64,000 bases of DNA from Chloroflexota bacterium. GTDB taxonomy: Bacteria > Chloroflexota > UBA11872. The DNA lies in assembly GCA_022825895.1 (NCBI GenBank), contig JAJDVX010000027.1:59528-123527 (forward strand). The letters run 5' to 3'. Positions 1-10,510 of the stretch are shown here, piece after piece; position 1 is the first letter of the stretch; every line of letters begins with the position of its first letter. Both the position numbers and the translations under genes were made by a program. The notes under the pieces are model-generated. The model was not told the origin of the DNA. It made no database searches and saw only the letters and a program-made list of their open reading frames with translations.

Positions 1-1
1 C

Positions 2-745
2 ATGGATCCCACCTACGCCGAGGCCCTGGGCGTGGACGTGGGGGAGTTGATCGTCTCGCAACCCAACGCTGGCGAAGAGGCCCTGGAGATCACTGACGTC
101 TTCGTCCGCAGCAATGCCGTGGATCTGGTGGTGGTCGACTCGGTGGCCGCGCTGGTTCCGCGGGCCGAGATCGACGGCGACATGGGCGACACGCAGGTGG
201 GCCTGCAGGCCCGGCTCATGTCGCAGGCCATGCGCAAGCTGACGGCCAACATCAGCCGTTCGCGCACCATCGTCATCTTCATCAACCAGTTGCGCGAGAA
301 GATCGGCGTCATGTTCGGCAACCCCGAAACCACGCCGGGCGGCCGTGCCCTCAAGTTCTACTCGTCGGTCCGCCTGGACATCCGGCGTATCGGGCAGATC
401 AAGAAGGGGACCGACGTCATCGGCGCTCGGACCCGCGTGCGGGTCGTCAAGAACAAGGTCGCCCCGCCCTTCCGCTTCTGCGAGTTCGACATGATGTTCG
501 GCCAGGGCATTTCCTGGGAGGGCGACCTGCTGACCCTGGGCGTGGACCACGGCGTGCTCACCAAGAGCGGCGCCCATTACAGCTACGACAGCACCCGGCT
601 GGGCATGGGGCGCGAGAACGCCAAGGCCTTCCTGCGCGAGCACGCGGACATTGCCCAGGAGATCAACGCCGAACTGCGCGAGATGCTGCTGGCGACGCCG
701 GCCGGCACCCAGGCAAACGGCGCCCAGGCGACCGCCGCGTCCTAA
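2..745 (+). CDS. recA: Recombinase RecA, C-terminal ~247 aa; 5' end lies outside the window
   Basis: Translation aligns along its length to the RecA core and C-terminal region (e.g. [35 protein letters not shown]). No N-terminal P-loop is present because the ORF opens at the window edge. Confidence 0.9.
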   Translation: MDPTYAEALGVDVGELIVSQPNAGEEALEITDVFVRSNAVDLVVVDSVAALVPRAEIDGDMGDTQVGLQARLMSQAMRKLTANISRSRTIVIFINQLREKIGVMFGNPETTPGGRALKFYSSVRLDIRRIGQIKKGTDVIGARTRVRVVKNKVAPPFRFCEFDMMFGQGISWEGDLLTLGVDHGVLTKSGAHYSYDSTRLGMGRENAKAFLREHADIAQEINAELREMLLATPAGTQANGAQATAAS

Positions 746-760
746 CCGCGCGCCCACGGC

Positions 761-1195
761 ATGGCGTACCAGCCTGAACGCCCGGTAATTGCCGCGGTCA
801 GCGGCCAGCACATGGACGAGGCGGTGGTTACGACGGCGGCCCTGCTGGCGCGCGCGCACAACACTTCGGTTCTCCTGCTGCACGTGATCGAAGTCAGCCA
901 CCGGCTGCCCCTGAACGTGTCCAGCGACGAGATGCTTGGCCAGGCCGAAGCCGTGCTGGGTGACGCCCGTCGCCTGCTGCCGTCCAACGGCGCGCCGGTA
1001 CGTACGGAAGTCAAGCAGGCCCGCTCGGCGTTTAGCGCCATCGTCGAAACCAGCCTGGCGGAGGAGGCCGATACGATTGTCGTGGGTGCGCACCGCTTTC
1101 TGGGCGAGCACGACTGCGACCTCGGCCGCACCGCCACCCACGTGCTCCGCCACGCCGTGACGCCGGTCGTCGTCTGCTACGACCCGATACGCTAG
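761..1195 (+). CDS. Universal stress protein (UspA family)
   Basis: 144 aa. The pattern VLLLHV...IVVGAHRFLGEH...GRTATHVLRHAVTPVVV matches the UspA alpha/beta fold signature (GS.GxxxxxxxxGSV-like C-terminus). Confidence 0.65.
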   Translation: MAYQPERPVIAAVSGQHMDEAVVTTAALLARAHNTSVLLLHVIEVSHRLPLNVSSDEMLGQAEAVLGDARRLLPSNGAPVRTEVKQARSAFSAIVETSLAEEADTIVVGAHRFLGEHDCDLGRTATHVLRHAVTPVVVCYDPIR

Positions 1196-1225
1196 TCCGT
1201 GGCGCTGCGCGGGCGGGGGATCGGC

Positions 1226-2182
1226 ATGGCGGACGACGGGCTGATGGTTTTCGGGTGCCGAGGGCACCCCGTGCTGACCGACGGCATCTGCCGCGAACTG
1301 GGCTGTGAACCCGGCGAGATCGAGATTTTCGAGTACGGCAACGACAACACGTTCGTTCGCGTCATGGAAAACGTGCGCGAGGCCGACGTCTTTGTCGTGC
1401 AGACCTCGCAACGTCCGGTCAACCATTCGGTGATGGAACTCTTCATCACTATCGACGCCATGCGCCGGGCCTCGGCGGCTCGGGTGACGGCCGTGTTGCC
1501 GTACTTCCCCTACATGCGCTCCGACAAGAAGGATCAGCCGCGGGTACCGATTTCCGCCCGGCTGGTGGCGGACCTGCTGGCCACGGCCGGGGCCGACCGC
1601 GTGCTGACGCTGGACCTGCACGCCGACCAGATCGGCGGCTTCTTCAGCATGCCCAGCGATCACCTCACGGGCATGCCGCTGCTCACCGACTACTTTGCCG
1701 GGCTTGGCATCGAAGACCTGGTCGTGGTGGGCGATACCGGCCGCATCAAGGCCGCAAGCGAGTGTGCGCGGCGTTTGCGCACGCAGTTGGCGGTGCTGGA
1801 CAAGTTTCGCGATCCCATCACCTCGGACGTGACCATTCGCGGCCTGGCCGGCGACGTGCGCGGACGCACCGTGCTCTACGTGGAGGACGAGGTGGTGACC
1901 GGCCAGTCCATTCGCGAGGGTCTGCGCGAAGTCCTGCGCCACAACCCCAAGGCCATCTACGCCGCCTGTGTGCACCCCGTCTTCATCGACGAGGCCTACG
2001 AACTGATTGAGGACTCTCCCGTTGAGGAAATGGTCGTGACGGACAGCGTGCCGCTGGACCCCGATCGCCCCAGCGGCAAGATCCGCGTGATCTCGGTGGC
2101 GCGCATGCTGGCCGAAGCGATCCGGCGAATTCACACCGGCGAATCGGTGAGCGCTCTCTTTTCCGAAGCTGCGGTTCGCTGA
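1226..2182 (+). CDS. prs: Ribose-phosphate pyrophosphokinase (PRPP synthetase)
   Basis: Full-length similarity to Prs (FPYMRSDKKDQPRVPISARLVADLL, TLDLHADQIGGFF, PRPP-binding DEVVTGQS). The ORF opens at 1199, but the ATG at 1226 is preceded by a GGGGGA RBS. The stop overlaps the ggt start (TGATG). Confidence 0.85.
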   Translation: MADDGLMVFGCRGHPVLTDGICRELGCEPGEIEIFEYGNDNTFVRVMENVREADVFVVQTSQRPVNHSVMELFITIDAMRRASAARVTAVLPYFPYMRSDKKDQPRVPISARLVADLLATAGADRVLTLDLHADQIGGFFSMPSDHLTGMPLLTDYFAGLGIEDLVVVGDTGRIKAASECARRLRTQLAVLDKFRDPITSDVTIRGLAGDVRGRTVLYVEDEVVTGQSIREGLREVLRHNPKAIYAACVHPVFIDEAYELIEDSPVEEMVVTDSVPLDPDRPSGKIRVISVARMLAEAIRRIHTGESVSALFSEAAVR

Positions 2183-3870
2183 TGTCGGCTTCACGCACGC
2201 AACTCACCATTCAGAAGTCCGAGGCCCGAGGTCGGCGCGGCATGGTGGCCACCAAGCACGAGGCCGCCAGCGCCGTGGGCGTGGACGTGCTGGCCGCCGG
2301 CGGATCGGCCGTGGACGCGGCGGTGGCGGCCGCTCTTGCCGTCGGTGTGGTCGAACCCTGGAGCAGCGGCATCGGCGGCGGCGGATACGCCGTGGTTGCC
2401 GGACCCGAGCAGGCCGAGGTCGTGGCCTTTCCCATGCGCTCGGGATCTGGCGCAACCCCGGACCGCTATCCGCGCGACGGGCGCAGCAACGTCAGCACTT
2501 TCCTCTGGGACGGCGTGGTGGACGACGCCAACATCCACGGTTACCGGGCCATGGGCGTTCCCGGCGCTGTGGCCGGGCTGGGCCTGCTGCACGAGCGCCA
2601 CGGGCGCATGCCCTGGCGCGACCTGGTGCTCCCAGCGGCGACGTTGGCTCGCGATGGCTTCGAACTCGGCTGGTTCGACACGATGTACATGGAGGGCACC
2701 GCAGCCGCCGCCCGGCGTCACCCCGAACTGCAGCGCAACTTCTATCCCAACGGCGACCCGCCGCAGTCCGATCACATGGAGCGAATCCGCATCGCCCAAC
2801 CTGAACTCGCCGAAACGCTGGACGTGTTGGCCGAGGATGGTGTTGAGGCGTTCTACCGGGGCGACATCGCCGCGGCCATCGCGGCGGCCTGTGCCGAGAA
2901 CGATGGGGTCATCGAACGCGCCGACCTGGCCGCATACCGCGCCAGCGTCGCGCCGCCGCTCGCTACTACCTACCGCGGCGCCGAGGTCCTGACGCCGGGT
3001 CCCGGCTGCGCCGGACCCACCACCATCGAGACGCTCAACATCTACGAACGGGCCGCGTCCGCCGGTTTGGCGCACGACGACGTGGAGCGCCTGCACGCCT
3101 ACCTCTGGTCGTCACGCTTGGCCTTTGCCGACCGCTTTGAGTTCATGACCGATCCCGAGCGGGCCGATGCCCCCTGGGACGCGCTGGCCGCAAAGGGCTA
3201 CGCCGCCACGCGTGCCGCCCGGATTGACCCAAAGGCCCCGCCTCCGATTCCCGCCGCCGGCGACGCCTGGGCCTACCAGGATCCGGCCCGCGCGCTCGAA
3301 CGCCAGAAGTCGGAAACCTCGACCACCCACCTCTGCACCGCCGACGCCGACGGCACGTTGGTGTCGCTGACCAACACCCTCGGGGGTGCCTGGGGTTCGG
3401 AAGTCGTGGCGGGCGAGACCGGCATCGTCTGGAACAACGGCATGTTCTGGTTCGATCCCGTGCCCGGGCGCCCGAACTCCGTCGCTCCCAACCGCACCGG
3501 ACTGAATAACATGACGCCCACGATCGTGCGCGCGCCGGACGGCCGCACGCTGGCCGTTGGCGCCTCCGGCGGTCGGCGCATCACCAACTGCCTCACCCAG
3601 CTCATCGCGCACGTGTTCGACTTTGGCATGGGCGCCCAGGACGCCGTGGCCGCGCCGCGCCTGGACGCCAGCACACCCTGGGTGACGGTGGATCCGCGTT
3701 TCGGAGACGAGACCATCGCCGAGTTGCGGTCGCGGGGCTGGGATGTGCGCGTGCCCACGTACCCGGGCCGCACCGCCTTCGCGAGCCCCGCCATCATCCT
3801 GCGTGACGCCGACGGCGGCCTTGGCGCCGGCGTCGACGTGTTCCACAGCGCCTCCGCCCAGGGGCTCTGA
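2182..3870 (+). CDS. ggt: Gamma-glutamyltranspeptidase
   Basis: 562 aa. GGT family motifs are present (GGGGYAVV, nucleophile Thr in ...SETSTTHLC..., GGAWGSEVV, TGLNNMTPT...GASGG). Confidence 0.85.
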   Translation: MSASRTQLTIQKSEARGRRGMVATKHEAASAVGVDVLAAGGSAVDAAVAAALAVGVVEPWSSGIGGGGYAVVAGPEQAEVVAFPMRSGSGATPDRYPRDGRSNVSTFLWDGVVDDANIHGYRAMGVPGAVAGLGLLHERHGRMPWRDLVLPAATLARDGFELGWFDTMYMEGTAAAARRHPELQRNFYPNGDPPQSDHMERIRIAQPELAETLDVLAEDGVEAFYRGDIAAAIAAACAENDGVIERADLAAYRASVAPPLATTYRGAEVLTPGPGCAGPTTIETLNIYERAASAGLAHDDVERLHAYLWSSRLAFADRFEFMTDPERADAPWDALAAKGYAATRAARIDPKAPPPIPAAGDAWAYQDPARALERQKSETSTTHLCTADADGTLVSLTNTLGGAWGSEVVAGETGIVWNNGMFWFDPVPGRPNSVAPNRTGLNNMTPTIVRAPDGRTLAVGASGGRRITNCLTQLIAHVFDFGMGAQDAVAAPRLDASTPWVTVDPRFGDETIAELRSRGWDVRVPTYPGRTAFASPAIILRDADGGLGAGVDVFHSASAQGL

Positions 3871-3974
3871 GACCGCCTGGAACCGACACGGGCGCCGCCT
3901 GTGTTCGAATACTTCCTGATGAACCGGGTCGCTCGCCGTACTGTTAAGCCGTTGACTCCCTCAACCGATTTCGC

Positions 3975-5444
3975 ATGAAGAATTCAGTCCAAATGACACG
4001 TCGACGACTGCTCGCCGCGGCTTTGGGCGGCACCGCGCTTGCGGTTTTGGCCGCTTGCGGCGAGGACACGCCATCGCCGCCGGCCGAGCCGGAAGCCTCA
4101 TTGCCAGTTACACCGTCGACAACCTCGCCAGGGGCGCCGGCGGCGACTCCGGCCGCGGCCGCCGCTGCGCCTCCCTCCGGCCCGCCGGCTGGGACCCGGC
4201 TGCCGGACATCGCGGCCCGCGTGCGGCAAGCGCAAGGGGACGTCGGCATCCTGCCGCCCGCGCCGGCAAGCGCGTCCGACAGCCCGATCGAGGTGCCGGC
4301 CGACGTGCTGGCCGCCAGGGCCGAGCGGCTGATAACCCTCAGCGACCGCGACCAGCTGTCGGCGACCGCCTGGCGCAACATCGGCTGGAAGACCGACTTC
4401 GAGACGTCCCTGGTTAAGTTCGACGAGATCTTCTCCGGCGGCGTGCCGCGCGACGGCATCCCGCCCATCGACGAGCCAAAGTTCACCGACTTCGCGGAAG
4501 CCGTGCAGTTCATCGCTGGTCGCGAGCCGGTGATCGCGCTTCGCGTCAACGGCGAGGCCCGCGCCTATCCGCTGCAGATTCTGACCTTCCACGAGATCGT
4601 GAACGATGTCATCGGCGGCCGGCCGGTCGCCGTCACGTTCTGCCCGTTGTGCAACTCGTCCGTGGTGTTTGACCGCGAAGTATTCGGGTCGGCTCTTCGC
4701 TTCGGCGTTTCCGGCAACCTGCGCAACAGCGACCTCATCATGTGGGACGACGTTACCGAAACCTGGTGGCAGCAGCTGACGGGCGAGGGCCTGGTCGGCC
4801 ACCTGGCCGGAGTGACCCTGACGTTCCTGCCATCGCAGTTGATCGCGTTCGACGAGTTCAAGGCCGCGTTTCCCGACGGCCGGGTCCTATCCCGCGACAC
4901 GGGTTTCACCCGCCCCTATGGCCGCAATCCGTACGGTGGATACGACACCGTCGACGACCGGCCCTTCCAGTCCGATGGCCGTATTGAGGAACGACCCTTC
5001 CTGTTCCAGGGCCGCCTGGATACTCGGCTGCGGGCGACTGAGCGTGTCGTTGCGCTGGAGATCAACGGTGAAGCCGCGGCCTACCCGTTTACCGAGTTGC
5101 GCGGGCAGCGCGTCGTCAACGATGACGTTGGTGGTGAGAAGATCGTCGTGCTCTGGACGCCCAACACGGTGTCGGCGTTGGATAAGACTTCGATTGCCGA
5201 CTCCGGCGCGGTTGGGTCGGGCGTGGCCTACGGACGGGTGGTCGACGGACGCGAACTGACCTTTGCCGTTCAGGACAATGCGTTCAAGGATCAGGAGACA
5301 GGATCGACGTGGGACATCACAGGCCGCGCGCTGAGCGGAGAATTGGCCGGCAAGGAGCTGCCGCCGCTGGTCCACGCCAACCACTTCTGGTTCGCCTGGG
5401 CCGCGTTCAGGCCCGCGACGCGCGTATACGCCGCGAGCTCCTGA
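3975..5444 (+). CDS. DUF3179 family lipoprotein (paralog 1)
   Basis: 489 aa. N-terminal MTRRRLLAAALGGTALAVLAACG is a Tat-like signal with a lipobox. Central GVPRDGIPPIDEPKF...VTFCPLCNSSVVF...WWQQLTGE matches my recollection of the DUF3179 signature. Confidence 0.65.
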   Translation: MKNSVQMTRRRLLAAALGGTALAVLAACGEDTPSPPAEPEASLPVTPSTTSPGAPAATPAAAAAAPPSGPPAGTRLPDIAARVRQAQGDVGILPPAPASASDSPIEVPADVLAARAERLITLSDRDQLSATAWRNIGWKTDFETSLVKFDEIFSGGVPRDGIPPIDEPKFTDFAEAVQFIAGREPVIALRVNGEARAYPLQILTFHEIVNDVIGGRPVAVTFCPLCNSSVVFDREVFGSALRFGVSGNLRNSDLIMWDDVTETWWQQLTGEGLVGHLAGVTLTFLPSQLIAFDEFKAAFPDGRVLSRDTGFTRPYGRNPYGGYDTVDDRPFQSDGRIEERPFLFQGRLDTRLRATERVVALEINGEAAAYPFTELRGQRVVNDDVGGEKIVVLWTPNTVSALDKTSIADSGAVGSGVAYGRVVDGRELTFAVQDNAFKDQETGSTWDITGRALSGELAGKELPPLVHANHFWFAWAAFRPATRVYAASS

Positions 5445-5470
5445 ACACGCGGATCGGCCGCCGGCGGCTG

Positions 5471-6769
5471 ATGGCCCTGGCCTCGGTCGCCGGAATGGCC
5501 CTCGCTGCCTGCTGCGAACCGGCCTCCAGCGCACTGACCGACCAGCCGGAGCGCGTGCCAACCGAAGCGGATCAGCCGCCGTTCGCCGCCGTGGTTCCGC
5601 CCGACACGTCGATTGCCGGCGTCGCCAGCGGGATGCGCGTGCCGCCTGAAGTCATCACAGCTCGCGAGTCGACACTGGTAGCCGCCACTGCGGCCGACCT
5701 GGCGCGCGCCGAGGAATGGCGCCGCCGGGACTGGTCGACCAACTTCCAGATTTCCAGCGTTGCCCTCTCCGAGTTGCAGACCGACGATCTTGAGCGCTTT
5801 CGTGCCGACCCCATTGACACGCCAGACTTCGGGGACATCGACACCGCCAATGCCTTTCTCACGGCGCGCGACCCGGTCGTCGCAGTCGCCGTCGGCGCGG
5901 ACACCCGCGCCTATCCCCTGCGCGTCCTTGTCTGGCACGAGACGGTCAACGACGTGGTTGACGGGAATCCGGTTCTGATCACTTACGACCCCCGCACCAA
6001 TGCGTCGCGGGTCTATGAGCGCCGCCTGCTGGGCGCCGCCATGCGGTTTCGCACCGCTGACGTCCTACACCAGGGCGGGCGTCTGCTCTGGGACTCCTTG
6101 ACCCAAACGTGGTGGCGCCAGTTCACCGGGGAGGCCATCGTTGGCGACTACACCGGCCTTCGCCTTCGGCCGCGTCCCTCCCTGTTGCTGAGCTACGAGG
6201 AGTTTCGACAGTCGTTTCCCCACGGCCAGGTCCTTGGGCCCTCGAGCGGCCCCGATGGCGATGACAGGCCCGACTACGGCGCCACCCGGTATGCGGGCTA
6301 CGACGGCGGCAAGGGTCCGCCCCAGCACGTCGACGGTGTGCCGGATCCCCGATTGGATCCAGCCGCACGCGTGCTGGCGCTGGAGGTCAACGGTGAGCCT
6401 GGGGCCTTCGATTTCAGTCATCTGATCAGCCGGCGTGTCCTGAACGACCGGGTGGGCGGCGAACCGGTCGTGGCTGTTTGGTCGCCCGGCGCTTTGTCAG
6501 TGCTCGACACGCCCAGAATCGCCGACGCGCGCGACGTGGGCATGGCGGCCGCCCACGGCCGCGAGGTCGATGGGCGCTTGCTCACCTTCGAGTTTGCCGA
6601 AGATTCGTTCCGCGACCGCGATACTGGCAGTGTCTGGAATCTGAGCGGACGAGCCATATCAGGCCCGTTGGCGGGCGCGCAGTTGCCGTCGCTCGTCCAC
6701 ACCGCGCCCTACTGGTGGGCCTGGTCGGCTCACAATCCAGCGACGCGATTGGTGACGAACCCTACCTAG
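5471..6769 (+). CDS. DUF3179 family lipoprotein (paralog 2)
   Basis: Clearly paralogous to the upstream gene (ITYDPRTNASRVYE...WWRQFTGE; lipobox MALAACC). The first ATG is at 5471. In-frame upstream codons encode ...RIGRRRLM with no canonical start between the gene-1 stop (5442-5444) and 5471, so the true start is uncertain. Confidence 0.6.
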   Translation: MALASVAGMALAACCEPASSALTDQPERVPTEADQPPFAAVVPPDTSIAGVASGMRVPPEVITARESTLVAATAADLARAEEWRRRDWSTNFQISSVALSELQTDDLERFRADPIDTPDFGDIDTANAFLTARDPVVAVAVGADTRAYPLRVLVWHETVNDVVDGNPVLITYDPRTNASRVYERRLLGAAMRFRTADVLHQGGRLLWDSLTQTWWRQFTGEAIVGDYTGLRLRPRPSLLLSYEEFRQSFPHGQVLGPSSGPDGDDRPDYGATRYAGYDGGKGPPQHVDGVPDPRLDPAARVLALEVNGEPGAFDFSHLISRRVLNDRVGGEPVVAVWSPGALSVLDTPRIADARDVGMAAAHGREVDGRLLTFEFAEDSFRDRDTGSVWNLSGRAISGPLAGAQLPSLVHTAPYWWAWSAHNPATRLVTNPT

Positions 6770-6828
6770 GTCCGCGCCGGTCGGTTGCTAGCCTCTAGTC
6801 CTCGTTAGTTCCCCGGCCCTTAGTTCTC

Positions 6829-8685
6829 ATGGGTTTTCGCCACGGGCCTCCGTCGGGGCGGGCGGGATTTAGTCCCCGCGAGTACCTGCGCGCCCTCAGC
6901 ACGACCTTCGCCTACACGCCGCGCGTGCTGGGCATGGTCTGGCAGACCAGTCCCGGCCTCACGGCGGGCGTGGCCGCCATCACCGGCGTTCGCGCCCTCA
7001 TTCCCGCGGCCACGATCTGGCTGACCAAGCTGGTGATCGACGCGGTCGTCGAGGCCATCGCCAACGGCGGGACCGATGAGTCGGTCAACCGCGTGATAAC
7101 GCTGGTGGTGCTGCAATTGGCCCTTGCCCTGGCGTCCACCGCGCTCGACCACGGGGGCAGCGCGCTGCGGGCCATGCTGGGCGACCGCTTCTCCAACCGC
7201 ATCAACATCGTGATCCTGGAGAAGGCCGAGACCCTGGACCTGGCCTACTTCGAGGATTCGACCTTCTACGACATGCTGGAACGCGCCCGCCGCGAAGCCA
7301 ACATGCGCCCGACCGGCCTGGTCACCAACACTTTCTCGCTCGTTGGCAGCGTCATCCAGCTCATTTCGGTCGCGGCGCTGCTGGCCTCGCTGGCCTGGTG
7401 GATTCTGCTGGTCGTGGCGGCCACGTCCATCCCATACCTGGGCGCGGACATGTGGTTTGCCCGCCTCAACCACCGGATGCAGTGGCGGCGCGCCCCGGAC
7501 GCGCGCCGGCTCTGGTACCTCGGCTACGTGATGACCTCGGATGAGACGGTCAAGGAAGTCCGGCTATTCGACCTGGGCGGCCATCTGCTGGACCAGTACC
7601 GCCGCACCTTCGCCCGCTTCTACCGGGAGAACCGCAAGCTCACCATCTCGCGCGAGAGCGTCACGTTCGTGTTGGGCATCCTCTCGGCGGGCACCGCCTC
7701 CGGCCTTTACATCTTCGTGGCGCTGGCCACCATCGCCGGCCGGCTGACCCTGGGCGACCTGACGCTATACCACCAGGCGCTGGTCCAAACCCAGGACCGC
7801 CTGCGCATGATCTTTGCCAGCGTCAACTCGATGTACGAGGCCAACCTGTTCCTCACCAACCTCTTCGACTTCCTGGCCTTCGAACCGGACATTCGCCCCG
7901 ATCCCGGCCGCCGTACCGTGCCCCGGCCCATCAAGGACGGCATCGAACTGCGCGACGTCAACTTCGCCTATCCGGGCGTCCGCGAGCCGGTGTTGCGCGG
8001 CATCAATCTGAAAGTGAACGCCGGCGAGACCATCGCGCTGGTGGGGGCCAACGGCGCGGGCAAGACCACCATCGTCAAGCTGCTGACCCGGCTCTACGAC
8101 CCATCCGCGGGCCGCGTGCTGATCGACGGGCGCGACATGCGCGTGTACGACGTGGCCAGCATTCGCAGCCAGATCGGCGCGATATTCCAGGACTTCGTGC
8201 GCTACCACGCCACCGCCGGCGACAACATCGGCTACGGCAACCTGCCGCTGAAGGACACGCCCGGGCTGGTCGAGTCCGCCGCCCGCCGCAGCGGAGCCGC
8301 CGAGGCCATCGAAGGCCTCCCCCGCACCTACGACACCACCCTGGGCCGCTGGTGGGGCGACGGCACCGAGCTTTCAGGCGGCGAGTGGCAGAAGATCGCC
8401 CTGGCCCGCGGCTACATGCGCGACGCGCAGCTCCTGATCCTGGACGAGCCCACCTCGTCCCTGGATGCCCGCTCCGAGTATGAGGTCTTCCAGCGCTTCA
8501 AGGAACTCGTGGCCGGGCGCATGGCCGTGCTGATCTCGCACCGCTTCTCCACCGTGCGCATGGCCGACCGCATCTACGTGATCGAGGACGGCCGCGTCTC
8601 CGAGCACGGCACCCACGAGGAACTCATCGCCCTCGACGGCACCTACGCCACCTGGTTCGGCATGCAGGCATCGGCCTACCAATAG
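6829..8685 (+). CDS. ABC transporter, fused permease/ATP-binding protein (exporter type)
   Basis: 618 aa. An N-terminal 6-TM-like hydrophobic region is followed by Walker A (GANGAGKTT), the ABC signature (LSGGEWQKIALARG), Walker B (LLILDEPTSSLD) and an H-loop. Confidence 0.85.
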   Translation: MGFRHGPPSGRAGFSPREYLRALSTTFAYTPRVLGMVWQTSPGLTAGVAAITGVRALIPAATIWLTKLVIDAVVEAIANGGTDESVNRVITLVVLQLALALASTALDHGGSALRAMLGDRFSNRINIVILEKAETLDLAYFEDSTFYDMLERARREANMRPTGLVTNTFSLVGSVIQLISVAALLASLAWWILLVVAATSIPYLGADMWFARLNHRMQWRRAPDARRLWYLGYVMTSDETVKEVRLFDLGGHLLDQYRRTFARFYRENRKLTISRESVTFVLGILSAGTASGLYIFVALATIAGRLTLGDLTLYHQALVQTQDRLRMIFASVNSMYEANLFLTNLFDFLAFEPDIRPDPGRRTVPRPIKDGIELRDVNFAYPGVREPVLRGINLKVNAGETIALVGANGAGKTTIVKLLTRLYDPSAGRVLIDGRDMRVYDVASIRSQIGAIFQDFVRYHATAGDNIGYGNLPLKDTPGLVESAARRSGAAEAIEGLPRTYDTTLGRWWGDGTELSGGEWQKIALARGYMRDAQLLILDEPTSSLDARSEYEVFQRFKELVAGRMAVLISHRFSTVRMADRIYVIEDGRVSEHGTHEELIALDGTYATWFGMQASAYQ

Positions 8686-8738
8686 CCAGCCGGGGCCGCG
8701 GCCCGTACGATCGCGGCAGCAAATCCTGATGGAGGTGT

Positions 8739-9209
8739 GTGATGTCTGAAACAGCAACGCTGAAGGTTGGCGACGAGGCCCCCGACTTCGAGCTTCCGTC
8801 GAAGCCCAGGGGCGAGGAGCCGTTCAAGCTGAGCGACCATCGCGGCTCGACGGTGGTGATCAACTTCGTGCCGGCCGCATTCTCGCCAACGTGCAGCAAC
8901 CAACTCCCCATCATCGAGGAAAAGCTGGCCGGTCTCGAGGGCACGGTGACGGTCGCGATCTCGACGGACAACGGGTGGTCGCAACAGGCCTGGGCCGAGC
9001 AGACGGGCGTGAGCTATCCCGTGCTGAGCGATTTCAACCCGCTGGGGGCGACGGCCAGCGCCTACGGCGTGCTGCTGGAGGGCATGAACATCGCCAACCG
9101 CGTGGTCATCGTGATCGACCCGGATGGCAATGTCGCCCACATCGAGACCGCCCCAGACGTGCCGGAACTGCCTGACTACGACCCGGTCATGGCCTGTCTC
9201 GCCCACTGA
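8739..9209 (+). CDS. Peroxiredoxin (AhpC/TSA-redoxin family)
   Basis: 156 aa. Peroxidatic Cys context FVPAAFSPTCSNQLP on a thioredoxin fold. Confidence 0.75.
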   Translation: MMSETATLKVGDEAPDFELPSKPRGEEPFKLSDHRGSTVVINFVPAAFSPTCSNQLPIIEEKLAGLEGTVTVAISTDNGWSQQAWAEQTGVSYPVLSDFNPLGATASAYGVLLEGMNIANRVVIVIDPDGNVAHIETAPDVPELPDYDPVMACLAH

Positions 9210-9246
9210 CCTCCAGGGGCGTCATTTGCGGTAGCTAAGCCTCGCC

Positions 9247-9936
9247 CTATCTGGAACTCGGCTTCGGCAGGAACGGGATCAGCGAGTTGGCCAGCGCGGA
9301 GATGTTCCGGCTTTGCACCCACACGGTGCCCATGCCGCTGAACTTCATGACCAGGCCCTCGCCGCCGCCGATCAGCGAGCGGATGCCGCCCACCTTGCCG
9401 ATGCTGTAGTCCACGCCTTCGGTGAACGCCACCATGTGGCCGGTGTCCACCACCAGTTCGGAGCCGTGCGTGATCTCCAGCTCCTTGACCGCCCCGTAGG
9501 AGTCGAACCAGATCGTGCCGCCGCTGTCGGTGTGGGCGCGCAGGAGGAACAAGCCCTCGCCACTGAACAAGCCGCGCCCGCCCGAAAAGCTCGTGTCCAG
9601 TTCCACGCCGCCCGTCGAGGCCAGGAACGAGCCCGACTGGACGATCAGGCTCTCGCCCCCGCCCAACTCGTGACCCACGATGTCTCCGGGCACCGGCGGC
9701 GCGAGGCTCACCCAGCCGTTGCCGGGTCCCTCGCACGTGAAGGTGTTCACGAAGAAGGACTCGCCGCCCATCATGCGCTTCAGGCCGCCGAATACCCCGC
9801 CGCTGCCCATGCCGGTGGTCATCTCCACGTCCTGCTGGGCCACCATGGCCCCCGGCTCCGCCTTCACCGACTCGCCGCTGGACAGCTCCAGCGTCAGCAT
9901 CGTGTAAGCCGGGTTGTACTCGATCTCGGTCCGCAT
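9247..9936 (-). CDS. AIM24/DUF124 (TIGR00266) family protein
   Basis: The ORF runs from 10008. The ATG at 9936 (MRTEIEYNPAYTMLTLEL...) gives the typical ~230 aa length. The Gly-rich repeated beta-strand pattern matches the AIM24 family. Confidence 0.65.
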   Translation of the reverse strand: MRTEIEYNPAYTMLTLELSSGESVKAEPGAMVAQQDVEMTTGMGSGGVFGGLKRMMGGESFFVNTFTCEGPGNGWVSLAPPVPGDIVGHELGGGESLIVQSGSFLASTGGVELDTSFSGGRGLFSGEGLFLLRAHTDSGGTIWFDSYGAVKELEITHGSELVVDTGHMVAFTEGVDYSIGKVGGIRSLIGGGEGLVMKFSGMGTVWVQSRNISALANSLIPFLPKPSSR

Positions 9937-10029
9937 ACATGAATCTCCAGGATCACTCGCTACAGCCAGTGTAGGCGCGTCCGTTCCGGATGGTCGGGGG
10001 CCGGGCAATCCTGGGCGGGGCGCCTAGGG

Positions 10030-10281
10030 CTAGGCGCGGACGGTCTCCGAAAACACCTGCGCCGCGGGCAGATTCCAGGTGAAGGCACTCTGCACGACTG
10101 GCTCGCCACCGAGATCCTCGTTGGTCGCTTCCCAGGCCTGAATCGCGTCCAGCACGTTGCTCCGAAGGTCGTCGAGATCCTCGCCCTGCGCCACGCAGCC
10201 TGGAAGTTCATGAACCTCAGCCCAGAAGCCGATCTCGTCGGACTCGGCCTCGAAGACCGCGACGGTGTACGAATGCAGCAT
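10030..10281 (-). CDS. HicB-like antitoxin domain protein (orphan; no HicA found)
   Basis: 83 aa. YTVAVFEAESDEIGFWAEVHELPGCVAQGEDLDDLRSNVLDAIQAW matches the HicB/UPF0150 N-terminal domain (xYxAxxEpDGGYxAxVPxLPGCxxxGDTxEEAxxNxxEAIxxxLE). I hand-translated the flanks and found no HicA-like ORF. Confidence 0.55.
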   Translation of the reverse strand: MLHSYTVAVFEAESDEIGFWAEVHELPGCVAQGEDLDDLRSNVLDAIQAWEATNEDLGGEPVVQSAFTWNLPAAQVFSETVRA

Positions 10282-10510
10282 CAGAGCGCCTCCTCTGGAT
10301 TGTCCATCCAGACTCAGGCTAAACGAAGTAGCAGGAAAGCGAATGTGGCGGTCGTGGACTCGCGAATTATGACGAATTGTCTGCTGCGAGTCGGGGATCC
10401 GAGGCAGATCTGACTAGTCGAGACTAATAGTTACTCATGCCTGTGAGCCCTTTACGAGGACAACCAGCAGCAACCCTATTCACTGGGACTACTACAGTAT
10501 CCAGGGATGC

